Below are positions 1-13,735 of a stretch of DNA of 64,000 nucleotides, one piece after another. How positions within the stretch are numbered: position 1 is the first letter of the stretch; each line of letters opens with the position of its first letter. The stretch covers positions 23,188,001 through 23,252,000 of the forward strand of contig OZ024757.1 in assembly GCA_964016885.1 (NCBI GenBank), in the 5' to 3' direction. The notes below the pieces were generated by a model. The model had not been told where the DNA came from. It did no database searches and saw nothing but the letters and a program-made list of their open reading frames with translations. The DNA is from Eledone cirrhosa (lineage: Eukaryota). Position numbers and translations under genes: made by a program.

Positions 1-474
1 TTATCATTTTTTTTTACTCACCCCAAGAGAGGCAAGGCAAAAAAAATCATTAAAATGCAAAGGGTTACAGAGAAGGGAAGACAAGAGAGAGAGAACAATT
101 TTATATATATATATCTGGTTGGTGTTAGGAAATGCATCCAGACATAGAAACCAAGCCAAAATCACTTGTATGTGAGTGAATTCACAGTCCTCCGACCTGA
201 TCCCTCGCAAAGGGACAACCTGTCCTACCCATGCTAGCGTGGAAGATGGACATTAAATGATGATGGTGATATATATATATATATACTCACCACAAGCAAA
301 ACAATAAAACCACTAAAATGCAAGAGGTTACTGAGGAGAAAAGGACAAGAAAGAGAGAACACAATTCAAGGAGAGAGAAGATGTTGAGTTTGAAGTTTTG
401 TAAATTGTATTGGTCAGGAAAGTAAAAAGACTGGGAAGGGAATTCCATAGACGAGATGTGCAAGGGAAGAAGCT

Positions 475-978
475 ATCATCATCATCATCATTTTACGTCC
501 GCTTTTCCCTGCTTGCAAGGGTGGGACGGGTCTTATTCAGCACAGCATCTCTCCACTCGTCACGGTCCTTCGTCATCTCCACCGTGAGCTTCAATGATCT
601 GAGGTCTGTTCTCACCACCTCCGCCCATGTTTTTCGTGGTCTACCTCTACCACGTCTTCCTTCAACTGGCAATTCCTGGCACTTCTTCACCCATCGGTCA
701 TCCTCCATGTGCCTTCACATGTCCATACCACCTCAGTCTCCTCTCCTGTACACTACATTCTATCCCTCTCAGACACAGTTTCTCTCTCAACACATTTATG
801 CTGGGTCGTTCACGCACATTTACACTGCACATCCAACGGAGCATGCTTGCCTCATTTCTCTCCAGCCGTCGCATATCCTCTGCAGTTGCTGCCCATGTCT
901 CACTACCATGCAGCATCGCACTCCTCACACAGGCATCATACAACTGGCCTTTCGTATGCAGGGACAAACCCTTCTATC
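475..978 (-). mobile_element. RTE-clade LINE 3' fragment
   Basis: KGQLYDACVRSAMLHGSETW..RRLRWYGHV..GRRGRGRPRKTW..KTRPTLASREKRT* followed by a (TGA)n tail. Confidence 0.88.
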
Positions 979-2734
979 AGGATGGAATTTGTGATTGCAT
1001 TTACGATTGTATATATGTATGGAGCTGTAAGTCCTGATGGAATTGTAAGGATGGTGTAATGACAGGTAGCATGTTTTGGTCATTTTAAACTAGGCAGAAC
1101 CCATCCCCTCCTCATATCTGAACATAGATGTTTTCTTCTAGAGAAGGAGAGAGAAAGAGCGAGTGATAGAGAGAAAGTGCAAAAGCGATGTAGAGGAAAA
1201 GAATCAACCCTAGTTCTATACTAATACCTTTTTTTTTATAGACCTCAAAAGGATGAAATACAAAGCTGAACTCAGCAAGTTTTGAACTCATCATCATCTT
1301 GCGGCCTCAACCGAAATCAACTCAACAATTGATCTGTCTGTCATTCATTGACAGGGGGTGTGTGTGACCCCATGGGTCTGTCATTCATTGCCGTTGCCAA
1401 GTCCTGGATTTCAATACCAAAATCTCTGGAGATAACATCGGGATAGGAGAGCTTGCGCCCCCTGTTATTAATGACTGTTTGTGGTTTCCAAAGCACTAAT
1501 AGGGACACAGTCTCATAGGTGGCACGATGGCAGCGGCCAGCAAATCTTACTCTCCTTTTACATAAAACAACAGATATGTGTGGGAGACCGGCATATATTT
1601 CTTTTAAAGTCAGATGTCTCCAACTTATGTTCTAAAGGTGTTGAAGTGTAAGTGCCATCAAGGCGCTTTTGTTGTTTGGATGAAAGTGTCCATGTTTCAC
1701 TTCATAGTGCAGTGAGTCGGTATGAATACAACAAATCATTCGATCTAATACTCTCCACCCTCCACACACACTTTTTTTTAACAATTGACAAAATCCCAAT
1801 CCTCATGCAGTTACTGAGTGGGGAGGAACTAATAAAATCGGACCAAGGAAACAATGTTTCCATAAGTTCTTTCCTAGCTACAGTCATAACTCCTGGCAGA
1901 AAGATAATAGTTTCTGGAAGAAAAATAAAGTGTCTTGCTCAAGGACATAACACACTGCCTGGTCTGGGATTGGAACTCACAACCTCATAATTGTGAATCC
2001 AATTTTCTCACCACTAAGTCACGCACCTTCACATTTCCACCCTACTAGTGTCATAGGACCCCCACTAATTAGTGAATTATTCTAGGTTTAAGTTTACAAA
2101 ACCACACCTGAATGTAGGAGTATCAACAGCAACAACCAATATTTAATTTCAAATGTTGTTGCAGTATCGGTACATAGTTGAGAGATAATGCTATTTGCCA
2201 CCTCCTGATAATTTTTATTCCACTGATAAATATTTTTTTTCACACCAGATGGCATTCTTTCTACTGACAGCAAATTCAATTCTGAATGCAGAAAGAAATT
2301 GCATTGTTGTATCATTTGATATCTATCTGGAAGGAAATGATATCCTCCTTCTTATGAATAATATCCTCCTTCTTTGTGTCGAGAACTGGAATAACACATG
2401 AATGAAATTATTACATTTGCTCTGTTAATTCGTTAACAAAAGACAAGGAAAGGTTCAGTTTTCCTCAGGCCACTGTCTTAATATTCTAAGGTTTCAGAAT
2501 ATTGAAATATTACCCTTGCAGTCACTGCAACAACTGTCTATTATGAGGCAAGATTTTTCTTCACAGTAACAATCATTTATCAGAGTTCACTTGGCGAAAG
2601 TTTTCCAATAAAACCTCAAGCAACTGATAAATACAGATATCACAGGAATCTTATCAACTCACATTTTTTTATACTTCACACTTGACCATCTAAACTGTTA
2701 TTTGTTCTATATCTGAGAATTATTTCTTTGCCAT

Positions 2735-3375
2735 ATGTATCCCAGTTTTTGGAATACGTAGACTGTATCCAGATTTTTAGAATAGGTACACTGTGTCCCG
2801 ATTTTTAGAATAGGTACACTGTGTCCAGATTTTTAGAATAGGTACAGTGTGTCCTGGTTTTTAGAATAGGTACATTGTGTCCTGGTTTTTATAATAGGTA
2901 CACTGTATCCTGGTTTTTAGAATAGGAACACTGTATCTCTTTATGATGATAATGATGATATCTAAATATATGAGTGATGGCTAGATTGGGGCACTTTCCG
3001 TGAGTGTGTGTGTCTTTTATTTAAATATACATTTGATATGTGTGTCCCACTTCTTAGAATAGGTACACTGTATTTTAGTTTTTAGAATAGGTACACTGTA
3101 TCCTGGTTTTTAAAATAGGTATACTGTATCCCAGTTTTTAAAATAGGTACTGTATTCTAGTTTTTAGAATAGGTGCACTGTATCCCAGTTTTTAGAATAG
3201 GTACACTGTATCCCAGTTTTTAGAATAGGTGCACTGTATCCCCGTGTGATAATAATGATGACCATGTTATCTAAATATATGAGTGATGGCTACATTGGAG
3301 TAGTAACCATGTGTATGTCATCTAAATATATTTGCTGTATGTATCTTGGTTTTTAGAATAGGTTACGCTGTATCC
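2735..3375. repeat. 28-bp minisatellite arranged in ~310-bp higher-order blocks
   Basis: Unit ctgtatcccagtttttagaataggtaca; spacer tctaaatatatgagtgatggcta at 2961 and 3270. Confidence 0.85.
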
Positions 3376-4154
3376 GTTTGCTGTAAGAGGTCCAGCAATC
3401 GAACCCATGACCTTATGGACACAAGTTCAATAACCTAATCACTAGATTACATGTCTTCACAATAAAATACAGTACCTCAATCAATTTTGAAAATTTAGTA
3501 ACATAACTAAGTTTTTCATCAGTAGGCTGATATTTAGAACATTACATAACAAATATTTCTAAAATAAAATTATGATGATAGGTTTTAATATAAACATATT
3601 AAAATGAGCTGTTCTATATAACAAATCAAGGGCAGTTTAGAGTTTAGGGTGGTGTGGTATTAAAAGGGATAATAACTAAAAAAATAAATCTGTGACATCA
3701 ACTGACTCAGTGATTATCTACTCCAAAATGCAATGCATTAATAACAATGTAATAATACTTATTCGAAATCCAATAGATACTACAGTTTTAATGGAATACT
3801 ACATTATGCCTTTATAATGAAGAGATCAGATACATTAGGAGAGAAAAATACTCTAAATACATCTTCTGTACTCTATCACCAACAATTTCAACATTTCTAG
3901 ATTTTACGACACTAATATGATTTTTATTGATTTACGAAGCAAAGTATCCTCAGTTTTCAATATCTATACATTATTAGTTTATACTAAGTAACAAGTACAT
4001 TGAAATGCTAAAAACTTCTATCATTGAACCTAGAGCTGTGTGGACTGGAAGATATTAAAATGATGGAGATAATAATGACAGAAATGGTACTGTTAATCAA
4101 GAAAGGGGAGGGAAAACAGTCAAGTGAAAAACTTGTCATTCAATGCAATATGCT

Positions 4155-4157
<3 letters not shown>

Positions 4158-4192
<35 letters not shown>

Positions 4193-5619
4193 TTTGTATA
4201 TATATCTATATATATATAAATATTTGTATATATATATATACAAATATTTATATATATATACAAATATTTATATATATATATACAAATATTTATATATATA
4301 TATACAAATATTTATATATATATATATATATACAAATATTTATATATATATATATATACAAATATTTATATATATATATATATATATATAAATATTTGTA
4401 TATATATATATATATATATAAATATATAAATATTTGTATATATATATATATATATATAAATATTTGTATATATATCTATATATATATATAGGAAAAAGTA
4501 TGACCCCGACGGCAGAGCTCAAGCCGTTTCGAAGGCTATTTCTGGACTGAAATAGCCGTCGAAACAGCTTGAGCTCTGCCATCGGGATCATACTTTTTCC
4601 TATTTCCAACTCTACTACCCTAAGTATTGAGTACTCTGGTGCATTATGGTCCATCTAGTTCCTTACCACATTTCCTTTGTTATATATATATATATTTTGT
4701 ATATATACATATATATATTTTGTATATATACATATATATATATATATTTGTATATATATATATATTTTGAATATATACATATATATATATATTTGTATAT
4801 ATATATTTGTATATATATATATATTTGTATATATATATATATTTTGAATATATACATATATATATATTTATATTTTGAATATATATATATATATTTGTAT
4901 ATATACATATATATATATATTTGTATATATACATATATATATATATATTTGTATATATACATGTATATATATATTTGTATATATACATGTATATATATAT
5001 TTGTATATATACATGTATATATATATTTGTATATATACATATATATATTTGTATATATATACATATATATATATTTGTATATATATATATATTTGTATAT
5101 ATATATATATATATATTTGTATATATATATATATATATACAAATATATATATATATATATATATTTGTATATATATATATATATATATATATTTGTATAT
5201 ATATATATATATAATATATATTTTTGTATGCTGTGGTTGTATATATATTTGTATACTGTGCTTGTATATATATTAGTATATATATATATATATATTTGTA
5301 TACTGAGGTTGTATATATATTTATAAACTGTGATTGTATATATGTATGTCTGAGTGGTTGTGTGTATATATTTGTATATATATATTTGTATGTATAAATT
5401 TGTATACTGTAATTGTATATATTTGTATATATTTGTGTATACAGTGTATATATATTTGTACACTGTGATTGTATGTATATATTTGTTACTGTGATTGTAT
5501 ATATGTATGTATGCTGTGATTGTATATATATATATATATTAATTAAAATAACAGATTACAGTTTAAGCAAAGAATCGCTGCTTTCACCCTTAACGGGATA
5601 TTCTGAAACTTCTTATTAT

Positions 5620-5675
<56 letters not shown>

Positions 5676-5950
5676 ATACTGTGATTGTATCTGTATGTGT
5701 ATTTATATATATATATTTATATATATATATTTGTTACTGTGATTGTATATATGTGTGTGTATGCTATGGTTGTATATATATGTGTGTGTGTATGCTGTGA
5801 ATGTATACATATATGTGTGTACACTGTGGTTGTATGTATGTGTGTATGTGTGTATGCTGTGGTTGTATGTATGTGTGTATGCTGTGGTTGAGTATATATT
5901 TGTATATACAACCACAGCATACATACATACACATATACGTACAGATCTAC
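4158..5950. repeat. (TA)n-based compound microsatellite; similar tracts at 28255-28990 and 40512-41337
   Basis: Seen directly; source of the Y/I-rich spurious ORFs. Confidence 0.95.
4488..4681 (+). mobile_element. (TA)n-embedded fold-back element (Penelope-like terminus); second copy at 40308-40512 (-)
   Basis: ~116-bp hairpin 4488-4603 plus ~78-bp tail. Holds only the 3' half of a hammerhead (stem II, GAAA, stem III, NUC). Confidence 0.7.
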
Positions 5951-6078
5951 ATACATACAAAGAAATATAATAAAACACACACACAACATACTAGCAGAGG
6001 GTTATATTCAACCACTCACACACGCATGCATGCATGCATGCATGCATACATACATACATACATACATACATGCATACA

Positions 6079-6486
6079 TGGTGGCTGCCAAATCGTTTTC
6101 GAGTACGGCCACTACTTTATATCCATGTAGGAGAACCCCTACCGATGCGCTGAACGAATGTAACTTTTTAGTCCAGCCAGCGACTTGAAAACTCTGGTAC
6201 AAAGACTACAGTTGTGACCATTATTGACACATAGTGCAGGGCCCATGGTACCATGTGACGACAAGTGCAGAGAGATCTCCAGATATAAAGCAATGCCTGT
6301 GCTGTGAAGCTTTTATAGTGAGCAAAGGCACTGCACAAAGCCAGTCCCACTCTCTTAACCAAGATGATATTTACCAAAAAGAAGAACAAGTCAACATCAT
6401 TGGATACCATCAGGGTTGCAGGTGTTATATCAGAGTTTTCCTTCTCCTAGAATTCTGCCTTGACAAAGGCTAAGGGGTCATCTCTC

Positions 6487-6487
<1 letters not shown>
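6079..6487 (-). mobile_element. Bipartite non-autonomous RTE-like element; near-identical copy at 47064-47425 (+), relative at 56300-56620 (+)
   Basis: 5' part with ggagaaggaaaactctgatataa; 3' part encodes C2H2-like CSVCTRVFKSLAGLKSHTRSVH* followed by a (TATG)n tail. Confidence 0.6.
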
Positions 6488-6518
<31 letters not shown>

Positions 6519-8259
6519 CATACATACATATATGTATGTATGTATGTAATTTCACATGCATGTATGGGAATATACTTACAAAACACACAGAAATATACTC
6601 AAACAAATGACTCTACATTTGCAAACGTTAATCTATACAAAAGACTGATGATAATACACACACACACATATGCTTACACACATTCTCACACACATACACA
6701 CACATGCACACACACACACATTTGCAAACTTATACACAAACACATTCACAAATGCATGCACATACACAAATGTAAATATATACACAAACACACATTCACA
6801 AACACATACTCAAACACACACATACACAATCTCACACAACTCCACACACTCACAAACACTCATATACAAATATACATATTCACATACGACACCCAAAAAT
6901 AAACAACCAGAAAAACAACAGAAAAACAGTCACACCTAACACACACACACACACACAAATATATATAAACACAATGATAAACACATATGTCGGAGAAGCA
7001 GAAGTACCCACCGGACTATACCACAAACAAACCCAAACTAATAAATCAATTGTACACACAAACAATGCCATCTTTTTCTTTTTTCCAATAGCTTCACACT
7101 TTCTCCCTTTGTTTTCAGCTGTTGTCACACAAAGTATGGTTTGGTACATACAGTCCAGTAGTGACATAGATATGTTGTAGCTAAATGTCTCTGGAAACAT
7201 AATGTAATCCACCATGAACAGATTTATTGATTTCAAGTATGTTTTTTGTTGTTGTTGTTGTTGTTGTTGTTGTTTTGTTTTCTTGTCAGGGTGGGTTATA
7301 TGGAAGGTTTGGAGAAGAAAACCCTAGGAGATAAATAGGAAGGAGATATATGAGAAAGGTCAGTAGAGAATAAAAAAAATAGAAATATAGATTAAAATTG
7401 CAAAGAATTGTGCTTAGTCTCTAACTTTATCAGTTGAAAAATAATGTATTCTTTTAAGATAAAACTCCAGCATGGTCAGTGCCATGATGGGATAAACAAA
7501 TATAAATATATTTATGAGTTAAGCAGGTGTTGTAGATTGCTTGAAGCAGTGTGATAATTGTAGAAAATAAATGAAAATAGAACATTAAATGTAAAAATAA
7601 TCTTTTCTGATTTAGGCACAAGGCTAATAGTTTTAGAGGTGGGGAGAGGCGATTATATTGACCCCAGTGCACCACTGGTTATTTATTTTATCGACCATGT
7701 AAGGATGAAAGGCAAAGTTAACCTCGGTGAGATTTTAATTCAGAACTTAAAGGGATGTAACTATATGCCATTAAAATAATGCTTTCTGATATAGGCATAA
7801 TGCCAACAATTTGGAGGGAAAAGAAAATCAATTAAATCAGCCCAGTGTATTACTGGTACTTACTTCATAAGAATGAAAGGGAAAGTTACTCTTGATAGGA
7901 TTTGAACTCAGAACATAAAGGGATGTACCATATATACTCAAATATGTAACAAAAAAGATAACCTTTTAAAATAATGAGTTGATTAGCTACCTCGGCTTAT
8001 AAATGGGGTTTGGATTTTTGCCTGTTTCCTCAGACATAAAATAGGTTTACATTCAAGTGTATATGTCACAAAACGTGTTGTCCGACGCTCTACCGATATT
8101 GCCAATCCACTGCTTAAAATAATGAAAACAAAGATGTTGGAATGTTACTTTGGATTTGATTAATAGTCTTTAATATTTCAGGATAAAATCCCTTCATCAA
8201 ATGAAAAATTGAGTAAATTAATTCAAAGCAGGATATCTTGTGTCATTCTTAAGTTGGTA

Positions 8260-8840
8260 TTAAGGGTTGCGAACTTTAAATACCTTGGCTCTTGTGTCAT
8301 AGACTCCCAAAAAGATTTCAACATCCGTAAAGCTCTGGCATGGAATGCGTGCAACAGGCTTGACAAGACTTGGCTCAAATTTATCATCCTCCTTAAAAGT
8401 CCAAATCTTTCAAACATTGATTGAACCAGTACTATTGTATGGTCAGAAAGATGGACCTTATCTGTTCATCTTGAAAGATGGCTGGATGGAGCATATACAA
8501 ATCTGCTCAGAAGAATCCAAAACATAAGCTGGAGATCACATGCAACACTTGAAACTATCTACAGAGATTTAATTCCAATATCCCTCAGACTCAAGCAAAA
8601 ATAGACTACAGTTTGCTGGTCACTGTCATCGAGCTGACAAAAAACATTTCATCTCTCCTTCTGTGGCATCCCTCTGGATGTGTCTATTAATGGAAACTGA
8701 CTTTCCCAGACACCATAGCTCGGGACACATGGTTGGACATAAGGGATCTGGGGACAGCAATGCAGGACCGAACAGTGTAAAGGAAAGGGATTGTCAGGAG
8801 AATTCCAACTGCCCACAGAGGAATCAAAGGATGATGATGA
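8260..8840 (+). pseudogene. Degenerate RTE/RTE-X-like RT C-terminal fragment
   Basis: FKYLGS..IRKALAW..LIEPVLLYG..LQFAGHC, spread over several frames. Confidence 0.65.
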
Positions 8841-9020
8841 AGTTGGTATTTTTGTATAAAATATGGCAGAATAAGAAAGACACAAGAATGACAATACTTC
8901 GAAATAGTTGCCTCTCTTTTTGTATGTCGTTCTTAAACTGAAAATTCCTCCAAGATTTGCTGGCCTTGTGCATAAATTAAAAATCAATCTAACACTCTAA
9001 TTCATCACTTTATTGTACTA

Positions 9021-9247
9021 GATATGAATTTCTATCAATATTCTCTTTGGTTTTTTGTTTTTTTTGTATGTATATATATGGTTATATGAGAGAGAGAGAG
9101 AGCGAGGGAGAAAGAGAGATTATTGAAACCCAGTTTTTGACAAGCTACAATATACTGATATGAATTTCTATCAATATTCTATTTGATTTTTTTTTGTGTG
9201 TATGTATGTCTGTGTGTTTATATGTGCACATGTGGGTTTATATATGT

Positions 9248-9307
<60 letters not shown>

Positions 9308-9376
9308 GAGAGAGAGAGGCAGACAGATGGAGAGAGATTACTGAAACCCAGTTTTTGACAAGCTAGGATATACTGA
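9021..9376. repeat. Tandem duplication of a microsatellite-containing segment
   Basis: gatatgaatttctatcaatattct...(GA)n...tgaaacccagtttttgacaagcta occurs twice. Confidence 0.75.
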
Positions 9377-9544
9377 ATTAATTTAGAAAACCTTCATAAA
9401 ATGGAGTCACCTGGTGAAGTGTATGGCGCCTGAAGAATAATCTAGAACAATCAGAGAAGAGTTATTATAATTATAACAACTCTTATCATTAATTCTTCTC
9501 CTCCTTTTTCTTTTCTTCTTATTATTATTGTTTCAAAGAAATCA

Positions 9545-9657
9545 TTATTTTTTCCTCATCTAATTTCTATGTAACCCACCACATTTTATATAATTTGTCT
9601 TTGTAATATTTCCTCATTTGGTGCCCTTGTGGCAAATTAAAGAAATCATCATCATCA
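9545..9657 (+). mobile_element. Short 3'-UTR relic of a Tx1-like element
   Basis: GTGCCCTTGTGGCAAATTAAAGAAATC(ATC)n resembles the 3' end of the full-length element. Confidence 0.5.
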
Positions 9658-10016
9658 ACGTTATTACTATTACTATTATTATGGTCTGAGTTCAAATCCC
9701 GCCGAGGTGAACTTTGCCTTTCATCCTTACGGGGTCGATAAAATAAAGTACCAGTAATGTACTGGGTAATTGCTGGCCTTCTGCCAAAAGTAGAAACAAT
9801 TATTATTATTATTATTATTGTTTTGGCAGAGCGTCAGACACCATACTTTGCAGCATAGTTATGGCCCTTTACGTTCTGAGTTCAAATCCCGCCATGGTTA
9901 GCTTTGCCTTTCATCCTTACGGGGTTGATAAAATAAAATAAAGTACCAGTAATGCACTGGAGTAATTGATGGCCTTGGGCCAAAAGTAGAAACAATTATT
10001 ATTATCATTATTAGAG

Positions 10017-10212
10017 GGGCGGTGGATTGGCAGTATTGGTAGAGGGTCGGACGCCATGCTTTCCAGCATAGAATTACGGCCCTTTATGGTCTGAGTTCAA
10101 ATCCCGCCGCGGTTAACTTTGCCTTTCATCCTTACGGGGTCGATAAAATAAAGTACCAGTAATGCACTGGGTAATTGCTGGCCTTGTGCCAAAAGTAGAA
10201 ACAATTATTATC
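10017..10212 (+). mobile_element. tRNA-derived SINE family A (representative). Other copies near 9680-10000, 12375-12545, 24187-24750, 29377-29800, 34113-34305, 45455-45632, 46608-46995, 48538-48722, 55840-56022, 63608-64000
   Basis: A-box TGGCAGTAT(C/T)GG, B-box GAGTTCAAATCC, central GCCTTTCATCCTTACGGGGTCGATAAAATAAAGTACCAG, tail GCCTTGTGCCAAAAGTAGAAACA(ATT)n. Confidence 0.88.
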
Positions 10213-10341
10213 ATTCCATAGTCATTGTTGTGTGCCTTTACTTCATTACAGAGTGCAGTTCTCTGTACCTCGTGGATGTGAAGTGATTGGCTTTTGTTAA
10301 AAAATACTGTTTCATATTTTACAGAATAAATATATTCGCTG

Positions 10342-10541
10342 NNNNNNNNNNNNNNNNNNNNNNNNNNNNNNNNNNNNNNNNNNNNNNNNNNNNNNNNNNN
10401 NNNNNNNNNNNNNNNNNNNNNNNNNNNNNNNNNNNNNNNNNNNNNNNNNNNNNNNNNNNNNNNNNNNNNNNNNNNNNNNNNNNNNNNNNNNNNNNNNNNN
10501 NNNNNNNNNNNNNNNNNNNNNNNNNNNNNNNNNNNNNNNNN
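10342..10541. other. Assembly gap (200 N)
   Basis: Run of N. Confidence 0.99.
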
Positions 10542-11059
10542 ACATAAACAATCCACCTCTCTTTCATAGACACCCACATTTTCTCTCTTTCTCACTCTCT
10601 CACTGTGTTTCTCTCTCAACATCAACAACTTTTCATTCCTCTGCTTTACCCTCCTTTTATATGTTGTTAGAGCGTTCCACAAAATGCTTTGTTTGATTAT
10701 AATCCTTTATGCTCTGAATTCAAACAAAGATTTTGGCTAACAAGATTAAAAATAGAAATACCTAACAGGTCGCTCATCAAAATGCTAGAAATAGCAAAAA
10801 GATCTTCCTAAGACAGGCCACCATCTTAAAAAAGAGACGGATACATTGGAATAATGTAGTTGTAGTTACATTTCATCTGGAAAGAAATGATGAGATAGGA
10901 ATGGTTGGAATTCCTATGACCATAGCTCTATTTTATCAGGGTCGACCTAGGGTTAAACATTTATAACAACTAAAATAACATTTCCTAAATCTTCCAACAA
11001 CAAGAAATATGTCATAAAATTGTTTCTAATTCTTGACACAAGACCATCAATTTAGAGAC

Positions 11060-11460
11060 AACAAACAGCACCCAGTCCAGCTGGTAGAAGTGGTAGTGCT
11101 GGTGGCACTGAAAACATACCCAGTCCACCCACTAAGGTGGTTGTACAGGTACCACAACAAAAAGGCACCCAGTCCTCCATGTAAAATGTAGCCAGTCTAC
11201 CTTCTAATGTGGTGGCACTGGTGCCATAGAAAAAAAGCACCCAATCCACTCTGTGAGGTGGTCACACTGGTGACAGGGCAAAACAAATCCAGTCCATCCT
11301 GTAAGGTGCTAGTGCTGGTGACAAGTCAAAAGCACCAAGTCCACCCTATGAGGTGGTAATAATGGTTCAATGACATAAGGCATCCAATCCACTCTGTGGT
11401 CATACAGGTGCAATGACAAAAAGTACCCTACCCACCCTGTAAATTGTTTAGCGTTAGGAA
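11060..11460 (+). repeat. Degenerate ~40-bp tandem array from a SINE-B internal repeat; similar array at 31930-32270
   Basis: Recurring aaaagcacccagtccac.ctgtaaggtggt motif, leading into aggaagggcat. Confidence 0.6.
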
Positions 11461-12008
11461 GGGCATATGGCTATAGAAAAGTCTAAAGTCTGTTTCAAGC
11501 CTAAAAGCTCATCAGGTCAGTGCTTATCCTGGTTTCCATGTCATGAAACAACTGAGAGTAGAAAACTTCACCCCTGTACAGGACACCAGGTTTAAATCCC
11601 TGTACTGGAACAATGTGAAATGAAGTGTTTTGCTAAAGAACACAACATGCAATTCAGTCCAGGAATCGAACCCACGACATTATGATCGTAAGTCCAACAC
11701 TCTTACCACTAGGCCATGCACCTCTAGGGCTATAGAAAACCAAACCAAAAACAATGTTTATGAATATAACATCACTTGGACTGTCTGGTCCAGAACAGGA
11801 CAACACGTTTAGCCCATGCAAACATGGAAAATCCACATTAAATGGTGAGGATGATGATGATGATAAATCTAAGTTGATAACATCAACCCCAGTACATGAC
11901 AAGTGTTTTATTTTATGAACCTGAAAGCATAAAAGGGACCTGCCAACCTCACCTCCATGTGGTGGTCTCAAGCATTTGTTATAAGGCTTTGCTAATGATG
12001 CTTGGTGT

Positions 12009-12346
12009 ATCATCATCATCATTTTACGTCCGCTTTTCCCTGCTTGCAAGGGTGGGACGGGAACTGATTCGGGCTTGATTTCTACAGCTGGATGCCCTTC
12101 CTAACACCAACCTCATTTACAGTGAGTGCTGGGTGCTTTTTTTGCCATGGCACCTACACGTCGACTTTGCAGTGGAATGATAGGGACCCCAGTCCCTATC
12201 ATCTCATTTCTACAGCTGAGTAAACTGGAGCAATGTGAAATAAAGTGTCTTGCTCAAGGAAACAACACATCACCTGGTCTGAGAATTGAACTCACAACCT
12301 TTCGATTGCAAGTCCAATGCTCTAACCACTAAGCCATGTGCCTCCA
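12009..12346 (-). mobile_element. tRNA-derived CORE-like SINE family B (representative). Other copies near 35935-36275, 37755-38070, 42221-42450, 47470-47797, 53700-54035, 54043-54350, 55015-55335, 62518-62795
   Basis: A-box TGGCTTAGTGG, B-box GAGTTCAATTC, CCTTGAGCAAGACACTTTA..CAGCTGTAGAAATG resembling the MIR CORE; most copies end in an RTE-type 3' tail and (TGA)n. Confidence 0.85.
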
Positions 12347-13466
12347 TCGTGAAAAGATATATTGATAAATAATAATTGTTTCTACGTTTGGCACAAGGCC
12401 ACTAATTACCCAGAGCATTACTGGTACTTTATTTATCGACCCAGTAAGGATGAAAGGCAAAGTTAACCTCGGCGGGATTTGAACTCAGAATGGCAAGGGC
12501 CGTAACTCTATGCATCAAAGCATGACGTCCGACCCTCTACCGATAAATAATAATGACATACACACACATACACATTCATACATACATACGTGCATGTATA
12601 TGTACTACATATATACATAAATACATACATCCATCCATCCATATATATATATGCATACATACATAAATACATACATCCATACATATATATATGCATATAT
12701 ATATATGCATACATATATGCATACATACATCCATCCATATATATATATGCATACATACATCCATCCATACATATATATATATGTACACACACACACACAT
12801 ACATACATACATACATACATACATACGAGCAAGGAAACAATGTTTCCATTGGTCTTTCCATTACTGATAATTGTTTCTACTTTTGGCACAAGGCCAGCAA
12901 TTATCCAGTGTATTACTGGTACTTTATTTTATCGACCCCGTAAGGATGAAAGGCAAAGTTAACCTCGGCAGGATTTGAACTCATAATGGAAAACGCCGTA
13001 ACTCTGATAATATCTACCAGTTACAACTCCTTACAGAAGGACCAACATGAAATAAAGTGTCTTGCACAAGGACATGACACATCACACGGTCTGAGAATCG
13101 AACTTACAACATCACAATTGTGAATCCAACTCTCTTACTCCTAAGCCACATACATTCACTCTAGGGTATAACATTTATTAATAATTAGAAAGACCAACTA
13201 TGGATGCCACAATATTGTCAGTAATGGATGAATATTTTTTTTTTTTTTTTTTTTTTTTTTGTGCGTGAAGCATTTCAAAGACGAGGCTTTGATGAATTAG
13301 AATGTGGAAGTTCAAAGCTTGGCTTAATTACGTAATAGTACCTTTGCTCTGTGACGAGCTCCAGGAGAATTATCATGTTCTATTGCAACATAACTATTAC
13401 ATATAAGAATAAATCAATGAATTTGGTAGACTCATTAGCACATTGGATATTTGTTACAGGGTTCTG

Positions 13467-13735
13467 AGTTCAAACTCCACTGAGATATACTTTGCCTCTG
13501 ATGTTATGGTCAATTGCTGCCAGTGTCCGCACACTGTTGATACTGTATTGACTACTACTGCTACTGCAGCTGTTACTAGTTCAAACTCCACTGAGGTCTA
13601 CTTTGCCTCTGATGTTATGGTCAATTGCTGCCAGTGTCCGCACACTGTTGATACTGTATTGACTACTACTGCTACTACTACTGCAACTAATTCAAACTCC
13701 ACTGAGGTCTACTTTGACTTTCATCTTTTCAAGGT
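13467..13735 (+). repeat. 111-bp tandem duplication within a degenerate SINE-A
   Basis: ttcaaactccactgag recurs with a 111-bp period; 37-aa repeat in the ORF track. Confidence 0.8.

Noticed and set aside
3475-3528. Degenerate hammerhead-like motifs (minus strand here; also 5570-5610 and 57975-58032)
   Set aside because: Core or GAAA positions are mutated and stem I is poor; cannot be told from chance by eye.
4024-6130. Long Y/I/C-rich ORFs (also 12508-12962, 28216-29088, 40418-41373)
   Set aside because: Read-through of (TA)n/(TACA)n microsatellites, open in several frames on both strands.
10113-10682. ORFs spanning the N run
   Set aside because: Artefacts of the assembly gap.
12290-12346. 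tRNA genes at A/B-box sequences
   Set aside because: All are SINE heads continuing into SINE bodies, without a full cloverleaf.
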